Below, piece by piece: positions 46,552 to 55,869 of a stretch of DNA of 57,254 nucleotides (position 1 is the stretch's first letter; every line of letters begins with the position of its first letter). The notes below the pieces were generated by a model. The model did no database searches. It saw nothing but the letters and a program-made list of their open reading frames with translations, and had not been told where the DNA came from. Source of the DNA: an uncultured virus (IMG/VR IMGVR_UViG_3300034374_009411) (taxonomy: Duplodnaviria > Heunggongvirae > Uroviricota > Caudoviricetes); IMG/VR virus record IMGVR_UViG_3300034374_009411. One strand, 5' to 3'. Made by a program: the position numbers and the translations under genes.

Positions 46552-46727
46552 AGAAAATTTTTAGAATATTCTTCAAGCATTTTTGGTGATACACAAAATA
46601 ATTCTCCTTCAGTAATACTTTTAGAAAATTCTGCTTTCATATCACTGCGACCAGAAATAAATCCAACAACAGATATGGTAATACCAGCAAGTACTAGCAA
46701 TCCAGTTTTAATATAAGTTTTATTCAC
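46548..46727 (-). CDS. Hypothetical membrane-anchored protein (59 aa)
   Basis: Manual GTG start: MNKTYIKTGLLVLAGITISVVGFISGRSDMK...; GTGA and ATGA overlaps at both ends; GAGG SD. Confidence 0.6.
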   Translation of the reverse strand: MNKTYIKTGLLVLAGITISVVGFISGRSDMKAEFSKSITEGELFCVSPKMLEEYSKNFL

Positions 46728-46912
46728 TTTACTTCCTCAAAATTACAATCCACTTCTTCAAAATTACACTTCTTGTAAACATCAAAAAGTTTTCCCATCA
46801 ATTTTTTAGAACACTTATATTCAAGTAGAGTATCATCTTTATCATCCATCTCTGAAGAAGACATCAGGTTCAATAAAAGCTCTGCTTCTTCTTTAGAAAG
46901 CATAATGTTCAT
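46724..46912 (-). CDS. Hypothetical protein
   Basis: 3' part of track ORF 46724-47029; start moved to avoid overlap with the upstream gene. Confidence 0.55.
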   Translation of the reverse strand: MNIMLSKEEAELLLNLMSSSEMDDKDDTLLEYKCSKKLMGKLFDVYKKCNFEEVDCNFEEVK

Positions 46913-46925
46913 TTCAGTAATAATG

Positions 46926-47243
46926 TCAGTCACGTTGTCTCCAATCATCAGGTTTATCTTGTTTAAACCAATCTGCAATCTCATCTGCTGATGAAAATCC
47001 AGTTCGGTGATTTGATGGATCAGGATCACCTAATCCCATCTTATTCATAAAATCATCCAGACTACCTTCTTGCATATCTGGATTGGCTGCTTTTCTTCTT
47101 GCTTTATTTAACCAGTCTTTAGCAGTGGTATTTGCTTTAGCAAGTTTTTCTGCCCAAATAATGTCTTCGAGTTTTACCTCTTCTCCATTAACAATGCACT
47201 TACAAATGAATTCTAAACGTAATCTGTATTGTGTGGATAACAT
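46926..47243 (-). CDS. Conserved cyanophage hypothetical protein
   Basis: MLSTQYRLRLEFICKCI..LGDPDPSNHRTGF..DDWRQRD. Confidence 0.75.
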   Translation of the reverse strand: MLSTQYRLRLEFICKCIVNGEEVKLEDIIWAEKLAKANTTAKDWLNKARRKAANPDMQEGSLDDFMNKMGLGDPDPSNHRTGFSSADEIADWFKQDKPDDWRQRD

Positions 47244-47244
47244 G

Positions 47245-47445
47245 TTATTCCTTTGCTTTAGTTAACCAATTTTCTAATTCATTTAATTTTGTAAATTCTT
47301 TGTATGCTGCCTCAGAGCGTTCACTAAGAATTTCTAAAATGTCATTAATGATGAGATTATTCTCAACATAATCGTCTAAGTATTTATCAATGGCTTCTTT
47401 AAGATATCTCTTACGATGCCATTCAGGAGAATACGGTTTGTACAT
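47245..47445 (-). CDS. Cyanophage hypothetical protein
   Basis: MYKPYSPEWHRKRYLKEA; promoter TTGACA-17-TAATAT at 47468-47496. Confidence 0.7.
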   Translation of the reverse strand: MYKPYSPEWHRKRYLKEAIDKYLDDYVENNLIINDILEILSERSEAAYKEFTKLNELENWLTKAKE

Positions 47446-47492
47446 AACAAAAAAATTTCATACCAATATATTAGCAGAGACCTTTGTCAATG

Positions 47493-47624
47493 TCAATGCT
47501 CTTTGTATTTCTCTGGATTTTTTGCTGAGTCGTAAATAAAATACGCAAATGGAAATAGAAGCAGTCCACCCAAAATAGAAGAGACTACAGGAACATTTAT
47601 AGAACTGTAAAAAGAATGTATCAT
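47493..47624 (-). CDS. 43-aa single-TM peptide
   Basis: Manual: MIHSFYSSINVPVVSSILGGLLLFPFAYFIYDSAKNPEKYKEH; ATGA overlap with speD. Confidence 0.5.
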   Translation of the reverse strand: MIHSFYSSINVPVVSSILGGLLLFPFAYFIYDSAKNPEKYKEH

Positions 47625-47947
47625 CTTTCTATATAACTTAAAGTGTGAGATGTGCAGTGTAATTGTTTTACTATTAAGTCACAACCAACTTGTGGATCTG
47701 CATTTCCGCAGGTAAATATATCAACTGCGGCTTCTCCTCTCTCTGGCCAAGTATGTATACTAATGTGACTTTCAGACAGAAGAATTAATACAGTAACTCC
47801 TTGGGGTTCAAATTTTTTATGTACTGTAGTTATTACAGTAGCACCACTTACTATAGCGGCATATGATAATAAATTAATTAAACCATTTTCATCATTGAGA
47901 ATCATATATGGACAACCATATAGATTCAATAAGTAATGCTTACCCAT
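47621..47947 (-). CDS. speD: S-adenosylmethionine decarboxylase proenzyme
   Basis: G.H..L; FEPQGVT...LSESHISIHTWPE..AAVDIFTCG. Confidence 0.92.
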   Translation of the reverse strand: MGKHYLLNLYGCPYMILNDENGLINLLSYAAIVSGATVITTVHKKFEPQGVTVLILLSESHISIHTWPERGEAAVDIFTCGNADPQVGCDLIVKQLHCTSHTLSYIER

Positions 47948-47967
47948 TTGAATTACAAAGTAAAATT

Positions 47968-48822
47968 TTAATTAATTATATTAGGTGGAATTGGAAGACT
48001 TTCTGCTATTTTAATTGCTTTATAACCAGTTTCTACCAATATTTTTAAATCTTTTGGGAAGTTATCATCAGCAGGGTGAACATCAAATTTTATTTTAGAA
48101 TAAACATTGCCAATCAGATTGAGATACATTGTGTTGAGTTTTACAATTTTACTTTTAGTCTCATCAGAGAATTTATAATCAAAAACTTTTGTCAAATATT
48201 CAAAATGCTCTCCTGGGGTTGGATGATTATCAGTGTAATGTTTATGAACAGAAATTCTGTTCCAGGAACTTCCCCCCCAAAGAACTTCTTCAAAACTTGG
48301 TTCAATATAATCAAAAATATTATTGTATAATTTAAATAATTTATGAAAACTTGTCCTATTCATTTTCAAACCCTTACTTTTTTTAATGGTATCCATTGCT
48401 AGAAAATGAAATTGAGTCTTATCTTTTAGAAGATTATGAATCAACTTAATAGTTGCAAGATCTCTCATTAAAAAATGACAATCATCTGCTATTACTTTAG
48501 CAAATCTTACACTCCAAAGTTTATTATCATTATAGTATATATTTCCAGCGTTGAACCACCTATCTGCTTTATATCTATCCTCTCTTTGAATCCCAGACCA
48601 ACAAACAATGACAAGATCTTCTTCATTAAAATTAAAATGTTGATCTGCTTGACAAACCATGTTTGATATGTACACGTTTCCAGATCCAGCTTGACCAAAA
48701 TTATAATATTCACAATCCAATTCATGGGCAAGAATATCTGCCCATGTTAACCAAGAATAATTAGTAAAGCTACATCCAAAAGTAAATAATCTTTTGGGTT
48801 TATTAAAAAATAATTTTTTCAT
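47968..48822 (-). CDS. SGNH-hydrolase-like hypothetical protein
   Basis: FGCSFT, NFGQAGSGN, WSG..R, DNHP blocks. Confidence 0.6.
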   Translation of the reverse strand: MKKLFFNKPKRLFTFGCSFTNYSWLTWADILAHELDCEYYNFGQAGSGNVYISNMVCQADQHFNFNEEDLVIVCWSGIQREDRYKADRWFNAGNIYYNDNKLWSVRFAKVIADDCHFLMRDLATIKLIHNLLKDKTQFHFLAMDTIKKSKGLKMNRTSFHKLFKLYNNIFDYIEPSFEEVLWGGSSWNRISVHKHYTDNHPTPGEHFEYLTKVFDYKFSDETKSKIVKLNTMYLNLIGNVYSKIKFDVHPADDNFPKDLKILVETGYKAIKIAESLPIPPNIIN

Positions 48823-49082
48823 TTCTTATTTTTCTTTTTATCTGGATGATCCCAAAGTTTTGGATTTACTCTACCTTCTGTTTGAGTAAATCTAATTAAT
48901 CCTTCTCTATAATTATCCCAATAGTAATCAAAAATATCCACTTTTTTATTGCAGATAACAACATCATAATGTACTGTCCCATCAACAAGATACTCTACCA
49001 AATAAGAAGTATATGGTAGAGATCTATCTTGTGCAAACTCAGGGAGGCAGTCTTTTTTTACAAATTTTAATTTAGAACTCAA
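48819..49082 (-). CDS. Conserved cyanophage hypothetical protein
   Basis: DRSLPYTSYLVEY..YD..IFDYYWD..GRVNPKLW. Confidence 0.75.
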   Translation of the reverse strand: MSSKLKFVKKDCLPEFAQDRSLPYTSYLVEYLVDGTVHYDVVICNKKVDIFDYYWDNYREGLIRFTQTEGRVNPKLWDHPDKKKNKK

Positions 49083-49639
49083 CTTCTACCACCCCACTGA
49101 ATATCAGTATATGCTTTAGTAACAGCATCTTTTGTAATATTATATCTTGTCTGAAGTTTTTTGTCTTTAACCAGAACCATGATTTCTGCTTCTCTTGGGT
49201 GAAGACCCTCAAGCATTTGTATAAACATTGTTTCTCTTCTTAAACTAGATAAAGTAGGATTACCACCAAGAAGATAATTATAAAAATTTTGATATTCTTT
49301 TCTAATAGAAGTTGCTCTTTTACGAACAAACTCATCTGCGTTAGATAATCCTTTAACAGTGTTTAGTTTTTCTACAGAAGTAGATAATGTATCATTAAAA
49401 GCAGATTGTTCTTCTACTCTAGAATAAGGAACATCCCCTTCTGGAAGGAGTGATACAATTGACTCATCAAAATTCCAGATTAGTAAAGAAACAAGTCCAT
49501 CATTTCTGTATTTTTGAAGTACTTCTGCTTTTTTTGCAATAGATCTTTGCTTTGAAGCTAAATCTAAAATTTCAAATTGGAATGCATTTGGTTGAAGTTC
49601 TTCAATCTTCGTCGTCTTCTTCGTCTTCGTAGTAGTCAT
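49079..49639 (-). CDS. Conserved T4-like phage hypothetical protein
   Basis: WNFDESI..LPEG.VPY; RRETMFIQMLEGLHP.EAE; start moved to MTTTK. Confidence 0.75.
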   Translation of the reverse strand: MTTTKTKKTTKIEELQPNAFQFEILDLASKQRSIAKKAEVLQKYRNDGLVSLLIWNFDESIVSLLPEGDVPYSRVEEQSAFNDTLSTSVEKLNTVKGLSNADEFVRKRATSIRKEYQNFYNYLLGGNPTLSSLRRETMFIQMLEGLHPREAEIMVLVKDKKLQTRYNITKDAVTKAYTDIQWGGRS

Positions 49640-49829
49640 TAGTGTTTTCAAATCGTACAGCTAAAATTTCATCAGGAAGAATATTCCCGTTCTCATCAAA
49701 CATTTCTGGATGAGCGTAAATTGGAGTTGACTCATAAACATATGTTCTAGTAATCCAACCTACTACACCACCCAAAACTAAAAACATTATACAAAATAAT
49801 GCTGAAAATGTTAGGGTTACTGCTAGCAT
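49602..49829 (-). CDS. Membrane-anchored cyanophage hypothetical protein
   Basis: N-terminal TM, HPEMFDENGN..DEILAVRF, acidic tail; GGAG SD. Confidence 0.7.
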   Translation of the reverse strand: MLAVTLTFSALFCIMFLVLGGVVGWITRTYVYESTPIYAHPEMFDENGNILPDEILAVRFENTNDYYEDEEDDED

Positions 49830-49848
49830 GTTACTTCTCCCGATGCCC

Positions 49849-50100
49849 CTATGGTTTTTTCTTTACTGATAAGGAAATGTCAAATCGAAAGTCTATCTCT
49901 CGTTTAAGGAGAGAGATAACCTTTTGAATCTTTATTCCAAATGTTTTAGATTCTGGTCTTTTCTCCCTCCTGCTACGATGTCGTAACATTAATTCAAATC
50001 CTCTATTGATATCAGTAGTATCAGAATTCGAGGATTTACTATTATTTATTTGATTTTTTTCTCCTTCCTGGCCTTTTGTCATATGTGTATCTCCTCGCAT
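49849..50100 (-). CDS. Basic hypothetical protein (start uncertain)
   Basis: ORF track; fills the gap between neighbours. Confidence 0.5.
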   Translation of the reverse strand: MRGDTHMTKGQEGEKNQINNSKSSNSDTTDINRGFELMLRHRSRREKRPESKTFGIKIQKVISLLKREIDFRFDISLSVKKKP

Positions 50101-50401
50101 CTTCTAAAATATCATTTAAATAATTTCTTATTTTTCTTGCTTGTGGTTTTGAGATATGTCCATAGGCTTCCCTAAGAATTTTATGTTGAGAATCTTGCCC
50201 ACCTTTTAGGTATTCATCCAAATCATCAATCAAAAAATTTATACTAGAAGCAGTTTGACTATTAATAAAATCTTCTGCTTGCTTTCTTTTTACATTGTTT
50301 GATTTTAAATAATCATAAAGTCTCAGAATAAATTTACCTTCAAATGCATAATCTATCGCCTTTTCCACATCATAGTGGACAGTGATAAATTGATTTTCCA
50401 T
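50042..50401 (-). CDS. Conserved cyanophage hypothetical protein
   Basis: VEKAIDYAFEG..LREAYGHISKPQARKI..YL. Confidence 0.7.
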   Translation of the reverse strand: MENQFITVHYDVEKAIDYAFEGKFILRLYDYLKSNNVKRKQAEDFINSQTASSINFLIDDLDEYLKGGQDSQHKILREAYGHISKPQARKIRNYLNDILEDARRYTYDKRPGRRKKSNK

Positions 50402-50432
50402 ACAAGCAAGTGCTGACATTTTAAATTATATA

Positions 50433-52073
50433 TCAAATAGGGGATTTAAACAACTGTTTGGTTTGATAAAACCACAGATAATCTAAGGTAGAATTTCTTA
50501 GAGTATCAAAAGCCTGATCAGGAGATTCTACTAAAGGTTCCCCTGAAAGATTTAGACTTGTATTCAGTAGTATACCATGACCTGACAATTTTTTAAACTC
50601 TTGTAAAATATCATAAAGATGACCACCACTAACAGTTTGAACTCTACATGTTTTATCGACATGAGTTACGCCAGGAATCAAATTAGTTTTTACAGGAAAA
50701 CAAACTGTCATAAATTCATTATCAAATATATCATCAAAGTATTTGCTAGCATCTTCTTTTAAAACTATAGCAGCAAAAGGTCTATACCACTCTCTCTTTT
50801 TTATTGCATTAACTATATCTTTAGCATTTGGATTAAGTGCATTGAAGAGAATTGACCTATTACCCAATGCTCTTTGTCCAGATTCAGATATTCCCCCGTA
50901 AATACCTACAGATTTATTTTCAAATAGAAGTCTAGATATATCTTTTGAATTAGCTACTTGATCAGAATTATATTTTGACAGGTCGTGATTAAATCCATGA
51001 TTAAAAGTATCTTTTATTTTGAGTATGGTTTTATCTTTTGATATTCTTCGATAAAAATACATGGATGAACCAACTGCCAAACCACTATCATCACACAGTG
51101 GTTCAAAATAAAATTCTACATCTGGATATCTTTTTACCAATTCATAATTGGTCACTATATTCATTGCATATCCACCACTCAAACAAACTTTTTTTATGTT
51201 TGTCTTTTTAATAGCATCACCAATTATTTTACAAACATAGTCAGTAGTCTGAATTTGAACTTCATAACAATAATCAGATATCTTTTTATAGTTTGACTCT
51301 GTAATATTTGGAGTATCAAGTCTCTCAGTCCTAAACTCAAGATAATCTACAAATTTACTTTCTTCAGAAAAATAATCCATTATAAGTTCTCTTCCTTTTA
51401 TTCCCAGAAGATCAAAACTCTTATCTATGGACTCTCCATATGAGGACAACCCCATTGCTTTACCACAATCGTTTACACTTCCTCCAGAAGCAAGAGCAGC
51501 AGAATTGTATAGGTTTCCAATAGTAATGTAATTGGTTATAGAAGAAATATTATAAGTACAATCTCCAATTAGTTTTCTTTCTTTTTTATTTTTTAATCTC
51601 AATCCTGTCCAATAATTTTTTAATATGGGTTTAAACTTACATGGATATTCGGCAATATAAACAGATTCGGACTCAAAAGTTTCCTCATCATTAATACTAA
51701 TTGGAGCTCCACTAGCATCAGCAACAAAAACTATTGCTTTTTCAAACCCACTATTATAGAAAGCATTTGAAGCATGATATAAATGATGTTGATATGCATT
51801 ATATGTAATTTGCTTAGATCCGTAAAGTAAAGACCTCAATATCTCTAAGTCTTGATGGCACATGTTCTCAATGTGCTCATTTATACTAAAATTAAAGTAA
51901 TCAATATCTCCAATAAGATTATAATTATCAACCAAAATCTTTATAAGATTTTTGATACTTTCATCCTTTTTTATTCTAGAATACCTTTCTTCTTTAAAAT
52001 AATATTCTATATTACCATCATTTAATATAGTAGCAGATGCATCATGTCCACTTCGAAGACAAAGAATTCTCAT
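50433..52073 (-). CDS. O-carbamoyltransferase (NodU/CmcH family)
   Basis: GHDAS, EERYSRIK, HH.YHA..AFY.S, GKAMGLSSYG, SGG.AMN, RALGNRSIL, KKREWYRPFA, LLNTSLN. Confidence 0.9.
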   Translation of the reverse strand: MRILCLRSGHDASATILNDGNIEYYFKEERYSRIKKDESIKNLIKILVDNYNLIGDIDYFNFSINEHIENMCHQDLEILRSLLYGSKQITYNAYQHHLYHASNAFYNSGFEKAIVFVADASGAPISINDEETFESESVYIAEYPCKFKPILKNYWTGLRLKNKKERKLIGDCTYNISSITNYITIGNLYNSAALASGGSVNDCGKAMGLSSYGESIDKSFDLLGIKGRELIMDYFSEESKFVDYLEFRTERLDTPNITESNYKKISDYCYEVQIQTTDYVCKIIGDAIKKTNIKKVCLSGGYAMNIVTNYELVKRYPDVEFYFEPLCDDSGLAVGSSMYFYRRISKDKTILKIKDTFNHGFNHDLSKYNSDQVANSKDISRLLFENKSVGIYGGISESGQRALGNRSILFNALNPNAKDIVNAIKKREWYRPFAAIVLKEDASKYFDDIFDNEFMTVCFPVKTNLIPGVTHVDKTCRVQTVSGGHLYDILQEFKKLSGHGILLNTSLNLSGEPLVESPDQAFDTLRNSTLDYLWFYQTKQLFKSPI

Positions 52074-52306
52074 AAAATATTATTTTCTTTTAAATATGAG
52101 ATAGTATCAATACATCCACCAATATATTTTCCATCAGCAATAATTTGTGGGAAAGTAGATCCCATACCAAATTTTTCATAAAACTCTTCCCTATCAAAAT
52201 CAACATCTAATTTATAAACTTGATGTTGAACTTCTAATCTTTCAAGAACGTATTTAATTTTTGTACAATAAGGACAATTGTCTTTCGTATAAACAATAAA
52301 ATTCAT
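52070..52306 (-). CDS. nrdC: Glutaredoxin (NrdC-like)
   Basis: CPYC, TFPQI, IGGC. Confidence 0.9.
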   Translation of the reverse strand: MNFIVYTKDNCPYCTKIKYVLERLEVQHQVYKLDVDFDREEFYEKFGMGSTFPQIIADGKYIGGCIDTISYLKENNIL

Positions 52307-52318
52307 AGTTCAATAATC

Positions 52319-52675
52319 TCAATTAACTAGTTCTAAATCCCCTACATTGTAGTAAGTACCGCTCTTATTATTTCTTAAGAACTTAAATGCAACTCCTATT
52401 GGTTTAATATTTTCTGGATATGGTAGAGACTTATCTTCAACATAATAAGTGTCTTCTTTGCGGAACACAAAAGAAGTAATCTCTACATGTTTATTACTTC
52501 TTTTTGTACCATCATTTAAATTATAAACCTCACCTATTGTTATTGTTTTATATTTTACTTGTCCTGGTTTTGGACTATATGAAAACAAATAGCTGGGACG
52601 AGTGGAAGATAACTCCCTAAGATCAAACTCTTGGCATTGCTCAAGTGTTGGTTTCCTTTCTTCTTTTTGTGGCAT
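52319..52675 (-). CDS. Hypothetical protein
   Basis: ORF track; TATAAATA late promoter at 52699-52706. Confidence 0.65.
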   Translation of the reverse strand: MPQKEERKPTLEQCQEFDLRELSSTRPSYLFSYSPKPGQVKYKTITIGEVYNLNDGTKRSNKHVEITSFVFRKEDTYYVEDKSLPYPENIKPIGVAFKFLRNNKSGTYYNVGDLELVN

Positions 52676-52710
52676 TTTATGATCCTAAGGTTTAATTATA
52701 TTTATAAAAT

Positions 52711-52977
52711 TTAAGGCCAAAAAGGAAGAGGTTTATCTTCAGACTCTACTAATTCAAGGTGTTTTTTTAAATCATTTGTATAGTTTGATTGTGGTACAAC
52801 ATGATTAGTAGGAAGCTCTTTATTATTAAGAGCTTCTACAGTAACAGTTTCTTTCCACTGCAAACGGTTTGTTTTGTATGTTCCTTGACGACTATTTGCT
52901 AAGAACTTAGCGTCTCTTTCATTACCACAATCTGCAATTTTTTTACCACTAGAATCATATACAGTATAATAAATCAC
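52711..52977 (-). CDS. Hypothetical protein
   Basis: GTG start overlapping the talC stop; GAGG SD. Confidence 0.65.
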   Translation of the reverse strand: MIYYTVYDSSGKKIADCGNERDAKFLANSRQGTYKTNRLQWKETVTVEALNNKELPTNHVVPQSNYTNDLKKHLELVESEDKPLPFWP

Positions 52978-53669
52978 ACATCTACCTCAGTGTCTTTAAC
53001 AACAGAATTAGTAGCAACCTTCCAATCAATATTAAATTGATCAAGTCCTTTATCAGTCATTACATTTTTATACATTGCCCAGAATACTTTTGGAGGAATA
53101 GTTACTACATCTGCTCCATTGATTGCACACTGTTCAACCTGTCGAACATCACGAACAGATGCTCCAAGGATATATGGGATATGATAGTTGTAGTGAGTAG
53201 GAGATTGATCATACACTTTACGAATCCTTGCAATAAGATCTAATCCATCAACAGAGTTGTCTTCCCACCTTCCAACAAAAGGAGAGATGAAAGTAGCGCC
53301 AGCTTTAGCAGCAAGGATTGCTTGAGCAACAGAAAATACTAATGTAACATTAGTTTGGACATCTTTCTTGTACAATTCCTTACATGCTTTAAGTCCTTCT
53401 ACTGTACATGGAAGTTTGATAGTCATTGATGGAGAAATATCAATGTAATATTGTGCCTGTTGAAGCATCTCTTCTGCAGTATCAGCAACAACTTCACAAG
53501 AAATACTATCAAGTTCTGGGCATTGTGTATTAAGAAGAATAGCAACTGATTGAAGAGTGTTACCACTCTTCATGATAAGTGTCGGGTTTGTAGTTACACC
53601 ATCAATTAAACCAGTATCATATGCTTTGATAATTTCAGGAATCTCTGCAGTATCGATAAAAATTTTCAT
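52974..53669 (-). CDS. talC: Transaldolase (TalC/FSA family)
   Basis: MKIFIDTA, DGVTTNPTL, IKLP, TNVTLVFS..QA..AAKAGA.FISPFVGR. Confidence 0.95.
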   Translation of the reverse strand: MKIFIDTAEIPEIIKAYDTGLIDGVTTNPTLIMKSGNTLQSVAILLNTQCPELDSISCEVVADTAEEMLQQAQYYIDISPSMTIKLPCTVEGLKACKELYKKDVQTNVTLVFSVAQAILAAKAGATFISPFVGRWEDNSVDGLDLIARIRKVYDQSPTHYNYHIPYILGASVRDVRQVEQCAINGADVVTIPPKVFWAMYKNVMTDKGLDQFNIDWKVATNSVVKDTEVDV

Positions 53670-53722
53670 AAAAAAGAGGATCTCTCGATCCTCAGTATAA
53701 CACATAAATTTACAATTGACAA
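53670..53722 (-). promoter_or_regulatory. Promoter abutting a terminator hairpin upstream of talC
   Basis: TTGTCA-17-TATACT, then GAGGATC-GAGA-GATCCTC-TTTTTT-ATG. Confidence 0.65.
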
Positions 53723-54613
53723 TTATATTGTTGCCCTAATACGAGCATAATCAAATACTTTTTTAGGAACATTAATATCTAACGCTGCCTCAAACCCCTT
53801 AAATCCAGGTGCGGAGTTTGCTTCACAGATTCGGTATCCGTCAGGATGAAATAATAAATCGACACCAGCAATATCAAGATCGAGAACTTTTGCAACTTGA
53901 ATGCTAAGCATTTCCATTTCGTCGTCAACATCGTATGCTTCCCCTTGACCTCCACGGGAAATATTGGCTTTAAATGAACCATCGACAGAGGTACGTTGCA
54001 TAGCACCAACTACCCTGCCACCAATAACAATAACCCTAAGATCTCTTCCCTCAGAGTATTGAATATACTCTTGAACAATCATAGAATTTTTAAAGTCCAA
54101 TGAAGAAATGAGTTCCGAAAGGTCTTCAAACTGCTTGGCGTTCTCACACAAATATACACCAGCACCATGAGATCCAGTTACTACCTTAATCACACAGGGA
54201 AACCCTACTTGTTTTTCAACTAACTCCGCTTTACATGGAAAACGAGTAAGCATCGTCTTTGGGATAGGAAGTCCTGCCTGAGCCAGAATCTGGTTGGCAT
54301 ACATCTTATCCTTTGATGCTTCAATAGCAGCAGAGTTTGGGAGGGTAGGTACGTTTAGTCTTTCAAACTGTCTGAGAACAGACAAGTTAAAATAACCAGT
54401 ACCACTCCCAGTCCTAGCAAGTAGAGTATCTGGGAGAGCAACAATATCATTACGATATCGAATGGATTTGCGATCATCTCTGGAAACAATCAAGTCGATT
54501 TCATCAGCAAATGCTACTGTGAAATCTATACCATATTTATCTGCTTCTTCGATAAAACGTTCTCGTTCATATGTTTCTGTTGTCAAACGATTACCAAGCA
54601 TCCAGAGTTTCAT
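53723..54613 (-). CDS. rimK: RimK-family ATP-grasp alpha-L-glutamate ligase
   Basis: DK..Q.L...GLPIPKT, FP.VIK..GSHGAGV, QEYI..GRDLRV.VIG, F.AN.SRGG, AGVDLL, EANSAPGF.G.E. Confidence 0.88.
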   Translation of the reverse strand: MKLWMLGNRLTTETYERERFIEEADKYGIDFTVAFADEIDLIVSRDDRKSIRYRNDIVALPDTLLARTGSGTGYFNLSVLRQFERLNVPTLPNSAAIEASKDKMYANQILAQAGLPIPKTMLTRFPCKAELVEKQVGFPCVIKVVTGSHGAGVYLCENAKQFEDLSELISSLDFKNSMIVQEYIQYSEGRDLRVIVIGGRVVGAMQRTSVDGSFKANISRGGQGEAYDVDDEMEMLSIQVAKVLDLDIAGVDLLFHPDGYRICEANSAPGFKGFEAALDINVPKKVFDYARIRATI

Positions 54614-54615
54614 AC

Positions 54616-54669
54616 AAAAAAAGAGGGTCTTAACCCTCTTAGTATATCAGACATAAATCATTCCTGCAA
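54616..54669 (-). promoter_or_regulatory. Promoter abutting a terminator hairpin upstream of rimK
   Basis: TTGCAG-17-TATACT, then AAGAGGGT-TAAG-ACCCTCTT-TTTTT-GT-ATG. Confidence 0.65.
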
Positions 54670-54739
54670 CCATGATTCCAAAAGCAAAGATGGTGAAGAG
54701 CATGATGCCAATAAGCAACCACCAACACCATCTTGGCAT
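54647..54739 (-). CDS. 30-aa hydrophobic peptide
   Basis: Manual: MPRWCWWLLIGIMLFTIFAFGIMVAGMIYV, between the psbD stop and the terminator. Confidence 0.5.
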   Translation of the reverse strand: MPRWCWWLLIGIMLFTIFAFGIMVAGMIYV

Positions 54740-54743
54740 AGGT

Positions 54744-55805
54744 TCATAGCGCGTTGCCACGAGGGAGAACTTCCTCTGGAAAAACAAAGTTTTCGTGTGG
54801 TTGGTCTACTGGTGCCATCCAGGCACGAAGTCCTTCATTCAATAGAATGTTCTTTGTGTAGAAGGTCTCAAACTCTGGATCTTCTGCTGCTCGAACCTCT
54901 TGCGATACAAAATCATACGCACGCAAATTAAGTGCCAAACCAATAATACCAATAGAAGAGACCCAAAGACCCATAACTGGAACAAAAAGCATAAAGAAAT
55001 GCAACCAGCGTTTATTGCTGAACGCAATACCAAAGATTTGAGACCAGAACCTATTGGCAGTAACCATAGAATAAGTTTCTTCTTCTTGTGTGGTATCAAA
55101 TGCTTTAAATGTATTTGATTGTTCACCATCTTGATACAGAGTATTCTCTACTGTCACTCCATGAATTGCTGAGAGAAGTGCTCCACCCAGTATACCCGCT
55201 ACACCCATCATGTGGAAGGGGTTGAGCGTCCAGTTGTGGAAACCTTGGAGGAATAGGAGGAATCTAAATATCGCTGCAACACCAAACGACGGCGCAAAGA
55301 ACCAACTGGACTGTCCGAGAGGATACAAGAGAAAGACAGACACAAAGACAGCAATGGGACCAGAAAACGCGATTGCATTGTACGGACGGATACCTACTAG
55401 ACGTGCGATTTCAAATTGCCTGAGCATAAAACCTATAAGGGCAAAGGCTCCGTGGAGCGCCACAAAATTCCAGAGTCCCCCAAGTTGGAACCAGCGGATG
55501 ATATCTCCTTGAGACTCAGGACCCCAAAGTAGAAGAAGAGAATGACCCATAGCATCAGCAGGAGTTGACACAGCTGCCGTGAGGAAATTAGCACCCTCAA
55601 GATAACTAGACGCCAGTCCGTGGGTATACCAGCTCGTAACAAACGTTGTGCCAGTAAGCCAGCCACCAATTGCCAAATAAGCAGTGGGAAAAAGTAATAG
55701 TCCAGACCAACCCACAAATACAAAGCGGTCTCGTTTAAGCCAGTCATCCAAGACATCGAACCATCCTCTCTGTGAAATGGGTGGGGAAAGTGTTGAAGTA
55801 GTCAT
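54744..55805 (-). CDS. psbD: Photosystem II D2 protein
   Basis: [23 protein letters not shown] ... [20 protein letters not shown]. Confidence 0.99.
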   Translation of the reverse strand: MTTSTLSPPISQRGWFDVLDDWLKRDRFVFVGWSGLLLFPTAYLAIGGWLTGTTFVTSWYTHGLASSYLEGANFLTAAVSTPADAMGHSLLLLWGPESQGDIIRWFQLGGLWNFVALHGAFALIGFMLRQFEIARLVGIRPYNAIAFSGPIAVFVSVFLLYPLGQSSWFFAPSFGVAAIFRFLLFLQGFHNWTLNPFHMMGVAGILGGALLSAIHGVTVENTLYQDGEQSNTFKAFDTTQEEETYSMVTANRFWSQIFGIAFSNKRWLHFFMLFVPVMGLWVSSIGIIGLALNLRAYDFVSQEVRAAEDPEFETFYTKNILLNEGLRAWMAPVDQPHENFVFPEEVLPRGNAL

Positions 55806-55827
55806 AACTCCTTTGTTAACTTCTCAT

Positions 55828-55860
55828 ATTTAGTTTACAATACTTTACAAAAGAAGTCAA
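55828..55860 (-). promoter_or_regulatory. psbD promoter with HLR1 (RpaB) direct repeat and overlapping late-type CTAAATA
   Basis: TTGACT-17-TAAACT; plus strand TTTACAAT-AC-TTTACAAA at 55834-55851. Confidence 0.7.
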
Positions 55861-55869
55861 TAGAGAAAT

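Noticed and set aside
54744..55805. Intron or homing endonuclease in psbD, or intein in thyX/phoH
   Set aside because: All are uninterrupted and of normal length.
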